This document shows positions 1-9,544 of a stretch of DNA of 64,000 nucleotides, one piece after another. Every line of letters starts with the position of its first letter. Within the stretch, counting starts at the first letter, position 1. The notes under the pieces were generated by a model. It searched no databases. It saw only the letters and a program-made list of their open reading frames with translations, and was not told where the DNA came from. Location: NCBI GenBank assembly GCA_019244185.1, contig JAFATB010000019.1, positions 192,001 to 256,000 of the forward strand, written 5' to 3'. The DNA comes from Acidobacteriota bacterium. GTDB taxonomy: Bacteria; Acidobacteriota; Thermoanaerobaculia; Gp7-AA8. The position numbers and the translations under genes are program-made.

Positions 1-2
1 TT

Positions 3-1529
3 CTCTCCCGGTACGCATTCCTCACCATCGGCGACGCGAATCCCGCCATTCGGATCGATCTCCTCCGGCGCCGGCGCCTCCCGGACGGCACCCTGGAGAG
101 CGTGCGCGACGTGACGGGGCGTGCGCTCGAGATCTTCTTCGCGAAGCTGAACGACCCGGACGCGGCACTCCGGGTCCGCTTCCGAAGGATCGCCACGGCC
201 GTCCTCGCGTGCATGGTCGCCGCCGAACGGTCCATTACAGAGGCCTATCTCGTGCTCGACGACCCGATGTACGTGTCGTTCCTCGAACGCGAGCTCGCCA
301 AGCGCAGGTTCCGGCGCTCCGACCATCGCTTCCTCATCCACCAGCTCGCGGAACTGCACCACGTGCTCGCGCTCCGACCATCGGACCCGACGAAAAGCTG
401 GCGCGCCTTCGAGGACATGACCGAGTCCACGCGAAACAGCTTCTCCGACTGCGCGCCCGGCACACTCATGGGCGAGATCCTCGGCGACGAGACCTTCCCG
501 CTCGAAGCCGTCGCGTACGGCCGCACGTCGCTCTCCGTCACGACGCGGCATGCCGACGAGACGCTGAAGAGCCAGATTTTCCAAGCCCTCCACGGCATGC
601 TCCACGCGCTCTTCCTCGCCCGCCCCGACATCGCCGGTCTGCCGCCGCTCACGTACATCGTCGACGAGCCGCGCTGGGTACGCCGCAACTTCCCGGGCGT
701 CCTCGCCGTCTCCCGGAATCTCGGCGTCTCCTACGTGATCGCGCATCAAGCCCGGAACCAATTCGAAGACCTTGGCCTCCGCACGCTTCCCGACCAACTG
801 CGCTCACTCACGAATCTCCAGATCGCGTTCCGCCCAACCTCCTTCGCCGATGCCGAGGACGAGACGCTTCATACGCACGACATCCGTCCGGACGGCCTCG
901 TGCTGCGGTTCATGACCTCCAGCTCGTCCGACGCGACCACGGATTCCTACGCCATCCATTCGGCGTGGAACGGCCTGATCCGGCCGTTCGGCAGCGACTC
1001 GACCTGGTCGAGCGGCTCCACGTACGCCACGGCCGAGCATGAGAGCGTCCATCCCGTCGGCTTTCAGGATCAAGTCCGGTATCTCGCAGCTGCCGCCCTC
1101 CGGCGTCCGCGCTTCACCGGCTCCGTCATCGCCGACGGGATCGGGACGGAGGTCGCCTTCGCAGCCGCGCCGGTGTTTCCGTCGGATATCGGAGGCGTGC
1201 CCGTCCTCGACTACTTTCGGACGTGGCACGACCGCTACTGGTGGAGCTGTCTCGTTCCGCGCGCCCCGTACGAGCCGCACGGCTCCATCGTCGTCGACGT
1301 CTCGCCGGTCGCTCCGGCGGCGCAGGAGGAGGCGCACGGCGTCACTGTCGCTCCAACAGCGCCGCCCGCCGCGGAACAGACCACCGCGTCGACCGCGGCT
1401 CCGACGCTCCCTGATGCCACGCCAGCTCCATCCACGCAGCCGGTCGCGCCGCCGTCGTATCAAGCCGCTGATCGGCGCGGCCGACGCACGCCGCGACGGC
1501 GGCAGCGACGCCGTGGAGCAGCTCAGTGA
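3..1529 (+). CDS. VirD4/TraD-like coupling ATPase (TraM-recognition type), 5' partial
   Basis: Frame is open from position 3. Walker B-like YIVDE, SRNLGVSYVIAHQARNQF motif typical of coupling proteins, Pro/Ala-rich tail. Overlaps the next gene (GTGA). Confidence 0.7.
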   Translation, partial: LSRYAFLTIGDANPAIRIDLLRRRRLPDGTLESVRDVTGRALEIFFAKLNDPDAALRVRFRRIATAVLACMVAAERSITEAYLVLDDPMYVSFLERELAKRRFRRSDHRFLIHQLAELHHVLALRPSDPTKSWRAFEDMTESTRNSFSDCAPGTLMGEILGDETFPLEAVAYGRTSLSVTTRHADETLKSQIFQALHGMLHALFLARPDIAGLPPLTYIVDEPRWVRRNFPGVLAVSRNLGVSYVIAHQARNQFEDLGLRTLPDQLRSLTNLQIAFRPTSFADAEDETLHTHDIRPDGLVLRFMTSSSSDATTDSYAIHSAWNGLIRPFGSDSTWSSGSTYATAEHESVHPVGFQDQVRYLAAAALRRPRFTGSVIADGIGTEVAFAAAPVFPSDIGGVPVLDYFRTWHDRYWWSCLVPRAPYEPHGSIVVDVSPVAPAAQEEAHGVTVAPTAPPAAEQTTASTAAPTLPDATPAPSTQPVAPPSYQAADRRGRRTPRRRQRRRGAAQ

Positions 1530-2452
1530 CTGAGCCGCGCTTCTCGCGCCTCCATCGTGATCCGGCGCTCCTCCCGCTCGTATTGCAGGACCGGGATCTC
1601 GCGGTCCTGCACGACCTCTTCTTCTTTCGATTCGCGACAACGCCGGCGCTGCTGCGAACTGCTGAGTGGGCGGGCGGTGGCGCGGGCCTCCAATACTTCG
1701 TGAAGCGCCTGACGGCGCTGTGGAAAGCAGGCTACATCGAACGCTTTGCCGGCCGGCAGAGCGCGTACCTTCGTGGTTCGGAGCCGTTCGTCTACACAAT
1801 CGGGTCGGGCAAGGCGACAGCTGCCGTGCGAACCGGGCTGCGGCCGATGGACATATCGCCGGAACGCTGGCGGCAGGTGCTCCGCGAGGCCGCACCTGCG
1901 CGGGATCGGGCGCGGTACGCGCTCGGGCTCCTTGGCATCGACGCGGCGGAGATTGAGCGCGTCCTCCACAACAACACCGAGCTCGCCCTTCGCCACTACG
2001 CGGGTGAGGGTTCCGGCGTTCGTCACCGCGTCCTCGCCGCGGACTGCCTTTCGCGCTGCTGGCTCGATGCGCGCATGCGCGGGCAGAGAATTGACGGCGT
2101 TCTGCCTGACGGCGTCGCCGATCTCACGTTTCAAGAGCCGGAACCGCGCCGATTCCGGGACCTGATTACCGCACAGGGAGTCGTGCGAATCCGTCCGGAT
2201 TGCCTCTTCACGATTGCTGGAACCCGCTACGCACTTGAAGCGGAGACCGGCACCTCGAACGCGGCGAAGTTGGGCTCGAAGCTCGCGCGCTACGCGCGAC
2301 GCCTCGCCGTCGCAGATCCTTGCCTACGTGTCGTCGTCTGCTGTGCAACAGATGCCCACTGCCGCCTCGTCCTCGACATCCTGCAGCATCTCCACGTGCC
2401 TGTGGCGTCGATCATGGTCGGACAAGCCGATTCGCTCGTGCTCACTCGATAA
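1526..2452 (+). CDS. Replication-relaxation family protein (Replic_Relax, putative relaxase)
   Basis: N-terminal wHTH pattern LQDRDLAVLHDL..RF.T...L..RL..LW.AGYIER; C-terminal PD-(D/E)xK-like RPDCLF...YALEAETGT...KLARY. Confidence 0.8.
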   Translation: MTEPRFSRLHRDPALLPLVLQDRDLAVLHDLFFFRFATTPALLRTAEWAGGGAGLQYFVKRLTALWKAGYIERFAGRQSAYLRGSEPFVYTIGSGKATAAVRTGLRPMDISPERWRQVLREAAPARDRARYALGLLGIDAAEIERVLHNNTELALRHYAGEGSGVRHRVLAADCLSRCWLDARMRGQRIDGVLPDGVADLTFQEPEPRRFRDLITAQGVVRIRPDCLFTIAGTRYALEAETGTSNAAKLGSKLARYARRLAVADPCLRVVVCCATDAHCRLVLDILQHLHVPVASIMVGQADSLVLTR

Positions 2453-2467
2453 TGCCCCACCATTGCC

Positions 2468-4000
2468 CTACGGACGGACGTCGACTTTCGCAGAGACGAC
2501 TCCTTTCAGCACCCAGCCCCACGATTCGTCCACCGGATACTGTTCCGGCACAAATCGCCGTTGCTCCTCCGTCAGCTCGTCGACGGCGATCCCGACGAAG
2601 ACCTCGTAAAGCCCGGTGGTCTTAAACTCATGCTCGACACTCATCGCGGGCCCGAACGCGATGATGTCAGCCCCAGGTCGGTTCGGCTGCTCGCCGAAAC
2701 TCACGTAGTACTTTGTGTGATTGCTCCGAAACTGCGGCGCCGGCTCGATCCGGAGGCTTACCCAACGCGGCCGACCGTTCACCTGCTTCACCGTGAACGT
2801 GGTCTGCGTTAAGGGGTCGTGCAACGTTTCGCCCGGGCGTGTCGTCCTGAAGCTGGCGTCGATGCGATCTTTTAGCTCTTGGTGACCAGGCCAAAGGTAG
2901 AGGTCCGGCCGATCGCCCGTCCATTTCGCAGGGCGCACGGCGTACGTAAAACCGAGAAAGATCCTCGTCTGCACCTTCGGTGGTAGGGCACAAAACGCGG
3001 CGCCAAGCGTGAGGAGCGAGATCGCGATGATGCCAACCTGCTTCGCTGCCTTCGTGAGCGTTTCCCACCACGTCACCGTATCGTTGACGGTCAACAGCCC
3101 TGGGTTTTCGCCGAGCAGCCGAACGATGCGGAGGGGAAGGTACCCAAGCGCTTGCCGGACGACTGCAAGCACGCGATTAATCTCCGTGCGCAGGCGCGTG
3201 TCATCGTCGGCGAGGGCCGCGTCAAGGCGGTAGTTCGGGTTCTCGATCGCGACCTCCGGGTTCGCACGAATTTCAAGCTCCCGCCCATCACGGGAGATGG
3301 ACGCCGAAATCCCCGCGCCCACTCCACGCCGCGCACCGCGGCCGCGATCATTGGGCCGAAAGAACCACACGCGTACGTCGTAGATGCCCGCGGTATCGCT
3401 CGTTCGATTGGTCTTTTTCGCATCCATCCATGCGCGGTGGGCGTCGTCCCACCGCGAGAACGTGCCCGCCGGATCGATGTTCGCCTTTCCTTTCCGTTGC
3501 GCGGACCAAAGCGCACCGATCGTCGCGTAGTCGCACGCCCCGATCGGTGCTTCCCCCCGGATGCAGCTGGCGAGCGCGCGGGTCGTGATGAAGTTGAAGA
3601 GGAAGGCTCGCGACGACGCTTCGCTGTCCGCGAGCAGACCACGCGTCTCTAGATACACGCGGATTTCCTCGAAGGCTTCGATGAGCAGCGGCACAGCAAT
3701 CGCCGCGTCAAGGGCCGCCGCAGTGTTGCCTGCCTTGGAAGGCAAGGTTGCCTCCTCGATCTTGCCCAGGCCGCATTCGCACCGCCGTGAAAATCTCTGG
3801 CGTGAACGCTTCAAGCTCCTGGCCCGGCCCGATCCTGACGACGTTGCGTGCACTTCGGGCGCACGTGCATGGTCGTCGGCTTCGGTCCTGTCGCTCCAAC
3901 AGTCCTCACTCTCGTTCTTGCGGCTCGCACGAGCAGCGCGCGGCTTTCGCGTGCCGCGAGAACGGTACGAGCGCCGCGCGCGGCATTCGTGTCCCTCCAA
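2468..4000 (-). CDS. Hypothetical single-pass membrane protein with a PKD-like C-terminal domain (true start uncertain, probably downstream of 4000)
   Basis: Long ORF; hydrophobic segment VGIIAISLLTLGAAFCAL; beta-rich tail YYVSFGE...VEHEFKTTGLYEVFV. Confidence 0.55.
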   Translation of the reverse strand: MEGHECRARRSYRSRGTRKPRAARASRKNESEDCWSDRTEADDHARAPEVHATSSGSGRARSLKRSRQRFSRRCECGLGKIEEATLPSKAGNTAAALDAAIAVPLLIEAFEEIRVYLETRGLLADSEASSRAFLFNFITTRALASCIRGEAPIGACDYATIGALWSAQRKGKANIDPAGTFSRWDDAHRAWMDAKKTNRTSDTAGIYDVRVWFFRPNDRGRGARRGVGAGISASISRDGRELEIRANPEVAIENPNYRLDAALADDDTRLRTEINRVLAVVRQALGYLPLRIVRLLGENPGLLTVNDTVTWWETLTKAAKQVGIIAISLLTLGAAFCALPPKVQTRIFLGFTYAVRPAKWTGDRPDLYLWPGHQELKDRIDASFRTTRPGETLHDPLTQTTFTVKQVNGRPRWVSLRIEPAPQFRSNHTKYYVSFGEQPNRPGADIIAFGPAMSVEHEFKTTGLYEVFVGIAVDELTEEQRRFVPEQYPVDESWGWVLKGVVSAKVDVRP

Positions 4001-4569
4001 CGCCGCAGCTTCGATTCATTCAGACTATCTTACATAAGGAGTTCCTGCGTTACATAGGGGCGATTGGAAGGTGGCATGTGGAAGTCGGCTCACCGCCCAA
4101 TGCCTCACCCGTTCAACCGCGTCGGGAGCCGGCTGACCGCCTGACTCACTACGAGAACGAGGCGGCTTGGTGTTAGAGCACCAGCACCGCCTCGGTCACG
4201 GTCGTACCACACGGGCCGACCGACCTTCTCGACGCCTGCCGAACGCGTGACGAGCGCGTCTCGGCAGCTACTCAGTACCGTGAAGGAGCACGATATGACG
4301 AGCCTTGAAGGCACTCGCAAAGTACGCGATTCACAAGATTTCGCAAGTGGTGAGCGTGATCGCACCACACCAAATCATCTTCTGTGGCGTCCAGCGGAGG
4401 AAGCCGAACGGCCTCCGCGTAACAGCTCCCACGCGCAGCGTGGCGGGTCGGCCCACGGCCCGACGGGTACCGCCTCTGTGCTCACTGCGGGGCGCCGGTC
4501 GGACGACCGGAGCTGATCGCGATCCCCGCGAATGTCCGGACCTGCTTTCCGCTCGGTCCGAACGGAGGC

Positions 4570-5019
4570 GTGCTGATATGGCGACGCGTCCCTGGAACGA
4601 AAAAGTGGGTCCAGATCGAATACTTTCCACCCGATGACGAGCGCGATCAGTATGTTCCGGTCGATCCGCTGCTGAACTGCGAGGCCGCGGCGATCACGCT
4701 CGGACTGACCCTCAAGGCGCTGTACCCACGCGCCCCCTTCATGGCGTCCTCCGAAAAGCACGGAAGCCGGTGGTTCTTCCATCGAGATACCCTCCTCGCA
4801 ATCGACGCCGCGACCGAGCGCGCGATGCCCTCACGACGCGAGGTGCTCGCCGGGCGCGAAGCACGGCGCCGCCGCGGAGAGGGCCGTCGCGGGGGATCTC
4901 ATTCAGCCGCCTGCGACCGCCGCCATGGCGGCAGATGCCATCCGGCGCCGCAGCGAATTCCCTCATCGGAGGACGGCGCGGCGGTCACGCGTTCGATCTT
5001 GGACGATCTTGGGAAATGA
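4570..5019 (+). CDS. Excisionase-like helix-turn-helix protein
   Basis: PLLNCEAAAITLGLTLKALY...KHGSRWFFHRDTL matches the HTH_17/Xis pattern; GGAGG RBS before the GTG. Confidence 0.6.
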   Translation: MLIWRRVPGTKKWVQIEYFPPDDERDQYVPVDPLLNCEAAAITLGLTLKALYPRAPFMASSEKHGSRWFFHRDTLLAIDAATERAMPSRREVLAGREARRRRGEGRRGGSHSAACDRRHGGRCHPAPQRIPSSEDGAAVTRSILDDLGK

Positions 5020-5078
5020 GTCGCGCCGGCCTGCCGTCAGGCTCGGCCGGCCGTATTCACCCATTCTTGTTGCACGAA

Positions 5079-5107
5079 GGTAGGGAAGTGCTCGGATCGG
5101 TCACTCC
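5079..5107 (+). promoter_or_regulatory. Bipartite motif GGTAGGGAA-N14-CACTCC, copy 1 (upstream of recombinase 1)
   Basis: The same 15 fixed bases with identical spacing occur at four intergenic positions. Confidence 0.75.
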
Positions 5108-5172
5108 TAGAGAGGTAGCCTCGGGCGGTCGAATCCGCTATGTCTCCGCGCATGAAGGAAATGCGAGGACAT

Positions 5173-5766
5173 ATGCAAGAGGGTGCCTACCAGGTCCGTA
5201 ACTCGGAGTTTCATCTCACGCCCGAAGAGCTTTCGACGCTCATCGCAGGCGCGCAGTCGGAGAGAGATCGTCTCATGGTGTTGGTCTTGGCGTTTACAGG
5301 AATTCGCCGCGCGGAGCTGCGCAGCCTTCGGCCCGCCGATATCGACAGCGTCACGGAACGCCTCATCGTGCGTCGCGGCAAGGGCGGCAAGCAGCGCATC
5401 GTCTTTCTGCCAAAGCGCGTCGCCTTGGATGTATGCCGGTACGCAGGAGCGCACGCGGAGGCGTTCGTGTTCCCAGGCCGAAACGGCGGCCCCATGTCGC
5501 TGCGCAACATCAACTACATCCTCACGCGTGTCGGGAAACACGCGGGCGTGGCCACGCCAAATCCGCGATATGTCGGCATCGGCCCGCATCTCCTGCGCCA
5601 CTCGTTCGCCCGAAACTGGAAGCGGAGCGGCGGCTCCATCGAGTCGCTGCAAAAAATGCTCGGTCACGCGAGCGCGAAGACAACACTGGATTGCTACGGA
5701 ACGGAGGACTTGCGCGAAGTTGAAGCAAACTACCGCGAGCGTTGCTCGCGGCTCGTTTCGAGCTAG
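5173..5766 (+). CDS. Short tyrosine recombinase (catalytic domain only), recombinase 1
   Basis: TGIRRAEL (R), GKGGKQR (K), HLLRHSFA (HxxR), LGHAS..TT.DCY (H, Y); about 197 aa. Confidence 0.92.
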   Translation: MQEGAYQVRNSEFHLTPEELSTLIAGAQSERDRLMVLVLAFTGIRRAELRSLRPADIDSVTERLIVRRGKGGKQRIVFLPKRVALDVCRYAGAHAEAFVFPGRNGGPMSLRNINYILTRVGKHAGVATPNPRYVGIGPHLLRHSFARNWKRSGGSIESLQKMLGHASAKTTLDCYGTEDLREVEANYRERCSRLVSS

Positions 5767-5794
5767 TTTGCTCACTTTCGCCAGAGTAGGAAAA
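5767..5794 (+). repeat. 28-bp putative recombination site (left), TTTGCTCACTT-TCGCCA-GAGTAGGAAAA
   Basis: Starts 1 nt after the recombinase stop codon; inverted copy at 8342-8369 with an identical 6-bp core. Confidence 0.7.
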
Positions 5795-5798
5795 GCTC

Positions 5799-7208
5799 GT
5801 GCTGACCGTCGCCATCGTTCTGTTCTTCGTCACCACCCTTCTCATCGTTCAGGTGGCTATACGAAACCGCCCGCTCAAGTTGTACCGGCCGCTCGATGAC
5901 GATGACGTACCGTTTCCAGCTGCTGGACAAGCGAGCACCGTGTTTTCCCTCGCGGCGCTCTTTGGCTGCTACCCAGGCATCTTTCTCCTGATCGGGGGAA
6001 TTGGATTCGTGGGTGTTGCCGGCGGCAGCGCGGCCGCCCTACTACTCATCCGCGCGGCGCAGGCAGGTCACGAAGGCGGCTACGAGACGTTTCTCGAGGA
6101 TTTTCGCGACCGCTTTCGGGACACAGGGACGTTTTTCTTCGCGCTCTTCATCCTTCAGATTGGCTTTGCCATCTCTGAACTCGTCTTTCTACGGGTTGTA
6201 CTCCTACTCGCATTCGGCCTCAGTCCGAGCACGGCCAGCTACGCGGCGCTCGCCGTAGCAGTCGTTGGTTACTGCTACTGCCTCACGGGTGGCTATAACA
6301 CGGTCTTTCGCACAGACATTGTCCAACTTCTGACGGTCGCCGGGATGTGCCTGCTTCTCCTCGGCGCGCTCGCGACCTCACTCAGTCTTCCTGAATTCCT
6401 GACTGCCGCCGGAGCCAAGATGGTGCATCACGGTGGGTACTGGACGGCGGGATTCTTCCGATGGTCGTGGGTTGAACGCATCCTCGACTTCTCCTCCGGT
6501 TTCCTGCTTGGCTTTGCATTCCTACTCGTGAGCCCCGACACATGGAAACGGGTCTACATCGTTAGTCGCGTCCCGTCGCGTCGTGGCATCTCCCTCCTAT
6601 TCGTGGCGGCGGCATTCCCGTTCGTTGCAATCACGCCACTCGTTCTCGCGCTGCCAAATCTTCCACACGGCGTCGTCGACCCAACGGTGTTCCTCCAGCG
6701 CCTGGCCGGCAACCGAATCCTTCTTGGCGCAACGCTTATCGGTGTCTTCGCCAGCTTCCTCTCGTCATTCGACAGCGCGCTCATCGCAGCAACGCATGTG
6801 AGTCTCCTCTCGGCGCGTCGCGCGCGGCCTGCACTCGAAGAACTTGACCGGTTCCGATATCTAGCCGCGCTTCACTTCGTGATTGTGTCGCTGGTCTTTG
6901 TCATCGGGAGTCGCTTCGGAAATCCTGGGATTATGGCTACGATCCTCATGGGAACGTATCCCGTGCTCGGAGGCCTGCTGATCGGAACCCGCGCGGGCAC
7001 CCGCAATCTCCCGTCGGGAGCGTTCGGACTAGTCTTCCTTCTCGGCTGTGTCGCGTGGATTGTCTTCACGATGAGCGACGAAATGCGGTTCGAGGTGGGC
7101 CGGACGACAGACCTGAACTTCGTGCCGGCCGCTGGCTGTGTGCTCCTGGCATCCGCGGCGATGTCATGGATTCTCTCTTGGATTCCGCAGCAGCGGGAGG
7201 ACGAATGA
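5799..7208 (+). CDS. Sodium:solute symporter-like membrane transporter
   Basis: About 13 hydrophobic segments; YCLTGGYNTVFRTDIVQ and ASFLSSFDSAL motifs of the SSS family. Confidence 0.75.
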   Translation: MLTVAIVLFFVTTLLIVQVAIRNRPLKLYRPLDDDDVPFPAAGQASTVFSLAALFGCYPGIFLLIGGIGFVGVAGGSAAALLLIRAAQAGHEGGYETFLEDFRDRFRDTGTFFFALFILQIGFAISELVFLRVVLLLAFGLSPSTASYAALAVAVVGYCYCLTGGYNTVFRTDIVQLLTVAGMCLLLLGALATSLSLPEFLTAAGAKMVHHGGYWTAGFFRWSWVERILDFSSGFLLGFAFLLVSPDTWKRVYIVSRVPSRRGISLLFVAAAFPFVAITPLVLALPNLPHGVVDPTVFLQRLAGNRILLGATLIGVFASFLSSFDSALIAATHVSLLSARRARPALEELDRFRYLAALHFVIVSLVFVIGSRFGNPGIMATILMGTYPVLGGLLIGTRAGTRNLPSGAFGLVFLLGCVAWIVFTMSDEMRFEVGRTTDLNFVPAAGCVLLASAAMSWILSWIPQQREDE

Positions 7209-7795
7209 CTGACTTCGTTCTCGGCTACGCCGAGAAGCTTTGGGATCGCACGACGCCGGAGTATCGCGCCTTAGTCGTCGCGTTCATCCTCGCCCCCACA
7301 ATGGGCGCACTTCTCATCTGGTTGGCCGGGCCAGCGCCCTCCACGCATGCAACAATTTCCCCACCGCTGAACGTCATGCCACTTCGAGCACATGCAGCCG
7401 GACCGCGAGACCCCGCCACCACGGTCGTAATCGTGCAGCCGACGGAGGCGACCTTTACGATGCCATGGACAAGGCCACTAAGCGCCCTTCCCACGTCCCT
7501 CAGCGAGGAGCAGTGGCGAGGAAACACGGCGAAGATCTCGCAATCAAACCGTACAATTTCCATTGTCGTGCCGCTCGCTGGGGTGCAGGAACCCTTTGTC
7601 TTTCTGACGCAAGACGCGCCGCCGGATGCGGTGGAAATTTCAGGGCGAAAGTATGCGATGGCAGACTTGCGACTCCGTTCGCAGCAGGCAACCGACATTC
7701 TTCTTGGGGTGCTAATCTCCGCCGCGTTCGCTCTCGGCGTCGGCGTGTCGACTGCCAGCATTCCGATCCAGGCGCAGGAGCACGGAAGCGGTTAA
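7205..7795 (+). CDS. Hypothetical two-TM membrane protein
   Basis: ATGA overlap with the symporter; N- and C-terminal hydrophobic segments. Confidence 0.65.
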   Translation: MTDFVLGYAEKLWDRTTPEYRALVVAFILAPTMGALLIWLAGPAPSTHATISPPLNVMPLRAHAAGPRDPATTVVIVQPTEATFTMPWTRPLSALPTSLSEEQWRGNTAKISQSNRTISIVVPLAGVQEPFVFLTQDAPPDAVEISGRKYAMADLRLRSQQATDILLGVLISAAFALGVGVSTASIPIQAQEHGSG

Positions 7796-8038
7796 CACCG
7801 TGCAGAGGAATACGAGAATGGGATCGTTGAGCGGAACTCCGAGATATCGCGGCCCTGGATCGTTGTGTGCCCACGCCCGCCAGTGGAGTAAGAACGGATC
7901 CCATGGAAAGAAGATGAGCGCCACGGCGATGGCCGTACGTAGCACCGCGAGGATCTCTCGCCGTGAACGCACACAACTCACGAGAGCGATGATCGCGGCG
8001 ATCCCGACGCCGAGGTTGAGGACCGAATAGCGTGTCAT
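7712..8038 (-). CDS. Lycopene cyclase domain-like small membrane protein (CrtYd-like)
   Basis: FFPWD....WRAW.H....RYLGVPLND..LVFL pattern; ATGA-coupled to the upstream paralog. Confidence 0.6.
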   Translation of the reverse strand: MTRYSVLNLGVGIAAIIALVSCVRSRREILAVLRTAIAVALIFFPWDPFLLHWRAWAHNDPGPRYLGVPLNDPILVFLCTVLTASVLLRLDRNAGSRHADAESERGGD

Positions 8039-8343
8039 GTCCGCGCTCCTCGCCGAAGTGTGTTGCGCAGAACGAGTCTCGTGATGACGGTATGACCAAA
8101 GAGCGCTAACCATTCCTCCAGGGGCAACCGCGCGACACGAATCGGCAAGGTACCTTCAGCCGGGAAGTACCAGACACCCGTCTCGAGCGCGATCTGATCG
8201 ACGATGAACCAGAGCGCGATAAGCACAACCGACGTACTCCAGAGTCGTCCCGAGCGAAGGTCTTCCAACGTAACCGCGGGCCACGCGAACGACATCACGG
8301 CCGCAAGCAACGCGAGATCGAAGTAGAGGTAGTCGATGTTCAT
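8035..8343 (-). CDS. Lycopene cyclase domain-like small membrane protein (CrtYc-like)
   Basis: WFIVDQIALETGVWYFP...LPIRVARLPLEEWLAL is the lycopene cyclase domain pattern; ATG at 8343. Confidence 0.7.
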   Translation of the reverse strand: MNIDYLYFDLALLAAVMSFAWPAVTLEDLRSGRLWSTSVVLIALWFIVDQIALETGVWYFPAEGTLPIRVARLPLEEWLALFGHTVITRLVLRNTLRRGART

Positions 8344-8369
8344 TTCCCACTTTGGCGAAAGTGTGAAAT
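8342..8369 (-). repeat. 28-bp palindromic putative recombination site (right), ATTTCACACTT-TCGCCA-AAGTGGGAAAT on the minus strand
   Basis: Arms are 10/11 palindromic; 22/26 identity to 5768-5793 in inverted orientation. Confidence 0.7.
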
Positions 8370-8520
8370 GACGCTTACCTGCGCCCCCGATAGGAGGATT
8401 TCGACCGTTTCCGCAGATCGTCCGCCGCTGACTACTACAATGGTTTCCGCGACGGGAGATTTTGCACAGCACTCGGCTACGCGCCGCACTGATCTTTCTC
8501 AAACCTCTATCCCCACACCT

Positions 8521-8952
8521 ATGGCGATCAACATTCGCATGGTCGGAATGGTCACGGACGCCGTTCGCAGCCTCACGTTCACCCGCTCGGGTCTTCCGCG
8601 GTTCCGATTCGGCGTCCGCGTCGGAACCGTTCGCCCGAAGCAGTACGCCGTGACGCTCTATGGCCCGATGGCGCGGTTCGCAGACACCGCCCTTCGTACC
8701 GGGCAACGCATCCGCGTCGAAGGCGCGTACCTCCGTCGGTCGTCGCCGTACGAAGGTCTCGTGCGCGCAGACATGATTCGCCACGTCGGCCGCGCGGTGC
8801 CTCCGTACTTCGGAACCATGGTGCGGTTCGTTCCCGGAGCGCCGCCGACGCCGGCCGCCGCGCGGCCTCTCGCCGCCGATGCAGACCATCGCTCGGCGCA
8901 TGCGGTCAAGACCGCGCGCGTCATTGCTGACGCGATCGCGGCGGCGGTCTAA
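8521..8952 (+). CDS. Divergent single-stranded DNA-binding (OB-fold)-like protein
   Basis: IRMVGMVT...TRSGLPRFRFGV...YAVTLYGPMARF....LRTGQRIRVEG resembles SSB beta-strands. Confidence 0.55.
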   Translation: MAINIRMVGMVTDAVRSLTFTRSGLPRFRFGVRVGTVRPKQYAVTLYGPMARFADTALRTGQRIRVEGAYLRRSSPYEGLVRADMIRHVGRAVPPYFGTMVRFVPGAPPTPAAARPLAADADHRSAHAVKTARVIADAIAAAV

Positions 8953-9166
8953 CCACACGCGAGAAGACGGCTTCTCGGGAGGCGGTCGTAGCGTGCAAAT
9001 CTCCGTCGCCTCTTCATCGCCGTGAATGGGACGCGACTTCGACCGAGTCGCCTGACGATGCCGTCCGCATCAGCGATGCTGCTGCTCGCGAGTCGTGAGA
9101 TTGCACCGGCTGATTCGTCAGCCGCTCACGCGGTTCTTTCTCAAGCCATCCTTTCACTCCACTCCT

Positions 9167-9544
9167 ATGCGAAGCGTGAACAAAGTGATCCTCGTCGGCC
9201 ACCTTGCCGCCGATCCGGAGCAGTCCACCACGACCGCCGGACGGGTGCGCGTGACCTTCCCGGTCGCAACGCACCGGGATACCACCTCCGAGGGCGCGAA
9301 GAAGGACGTCACCGACTATCACCGGGTGACCTCCTGGGGGAAGCTCGCCGAAATCTGCGGCAAGTACCTCGCGAAAGGCCAAGGCGTCTATGTCGAGGGC
9401 ATGATCCTGAATCGCGCCTACGAGAAGGACGGCCAGCGCCGCTACGTCACCGAGATCCGCGCGGACGAAGTGAACATGCTGACGTGGAAGAAGCGGGATG
9501 GCGTCTCGAACGCCATCCTCAGCGATCTGCCTGACGGCGTGTAA
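9167..9544 (+). CDS. ssb: Single-stranded DNA-binding protein
   Basis: MRSVNKVILVGHLAADPE...WGKLAEICGKYLAKGQGVYVEG...YVTEIRA; lacks the canonical DDIPF tail. Confidence 0.95.
   Translation: MRSVNKVILVGHLAADPEQSTTTAGRVRVTFPVATHRDTTSEGAKKDVTDYHRVTSWGKLAEICGKYLAKGQGVYVEGMILNRAYEKDGQRRYVTEIRADEVNMLTWKKRDGVSNAILSDLPDGV

Noticed and set aside
4247-4637. Short ORFs upstream of the Xis-like gene
   Set aside because: An AAGGAG precedes ATG 4295, but the product is low-complexity and unrecognisable.
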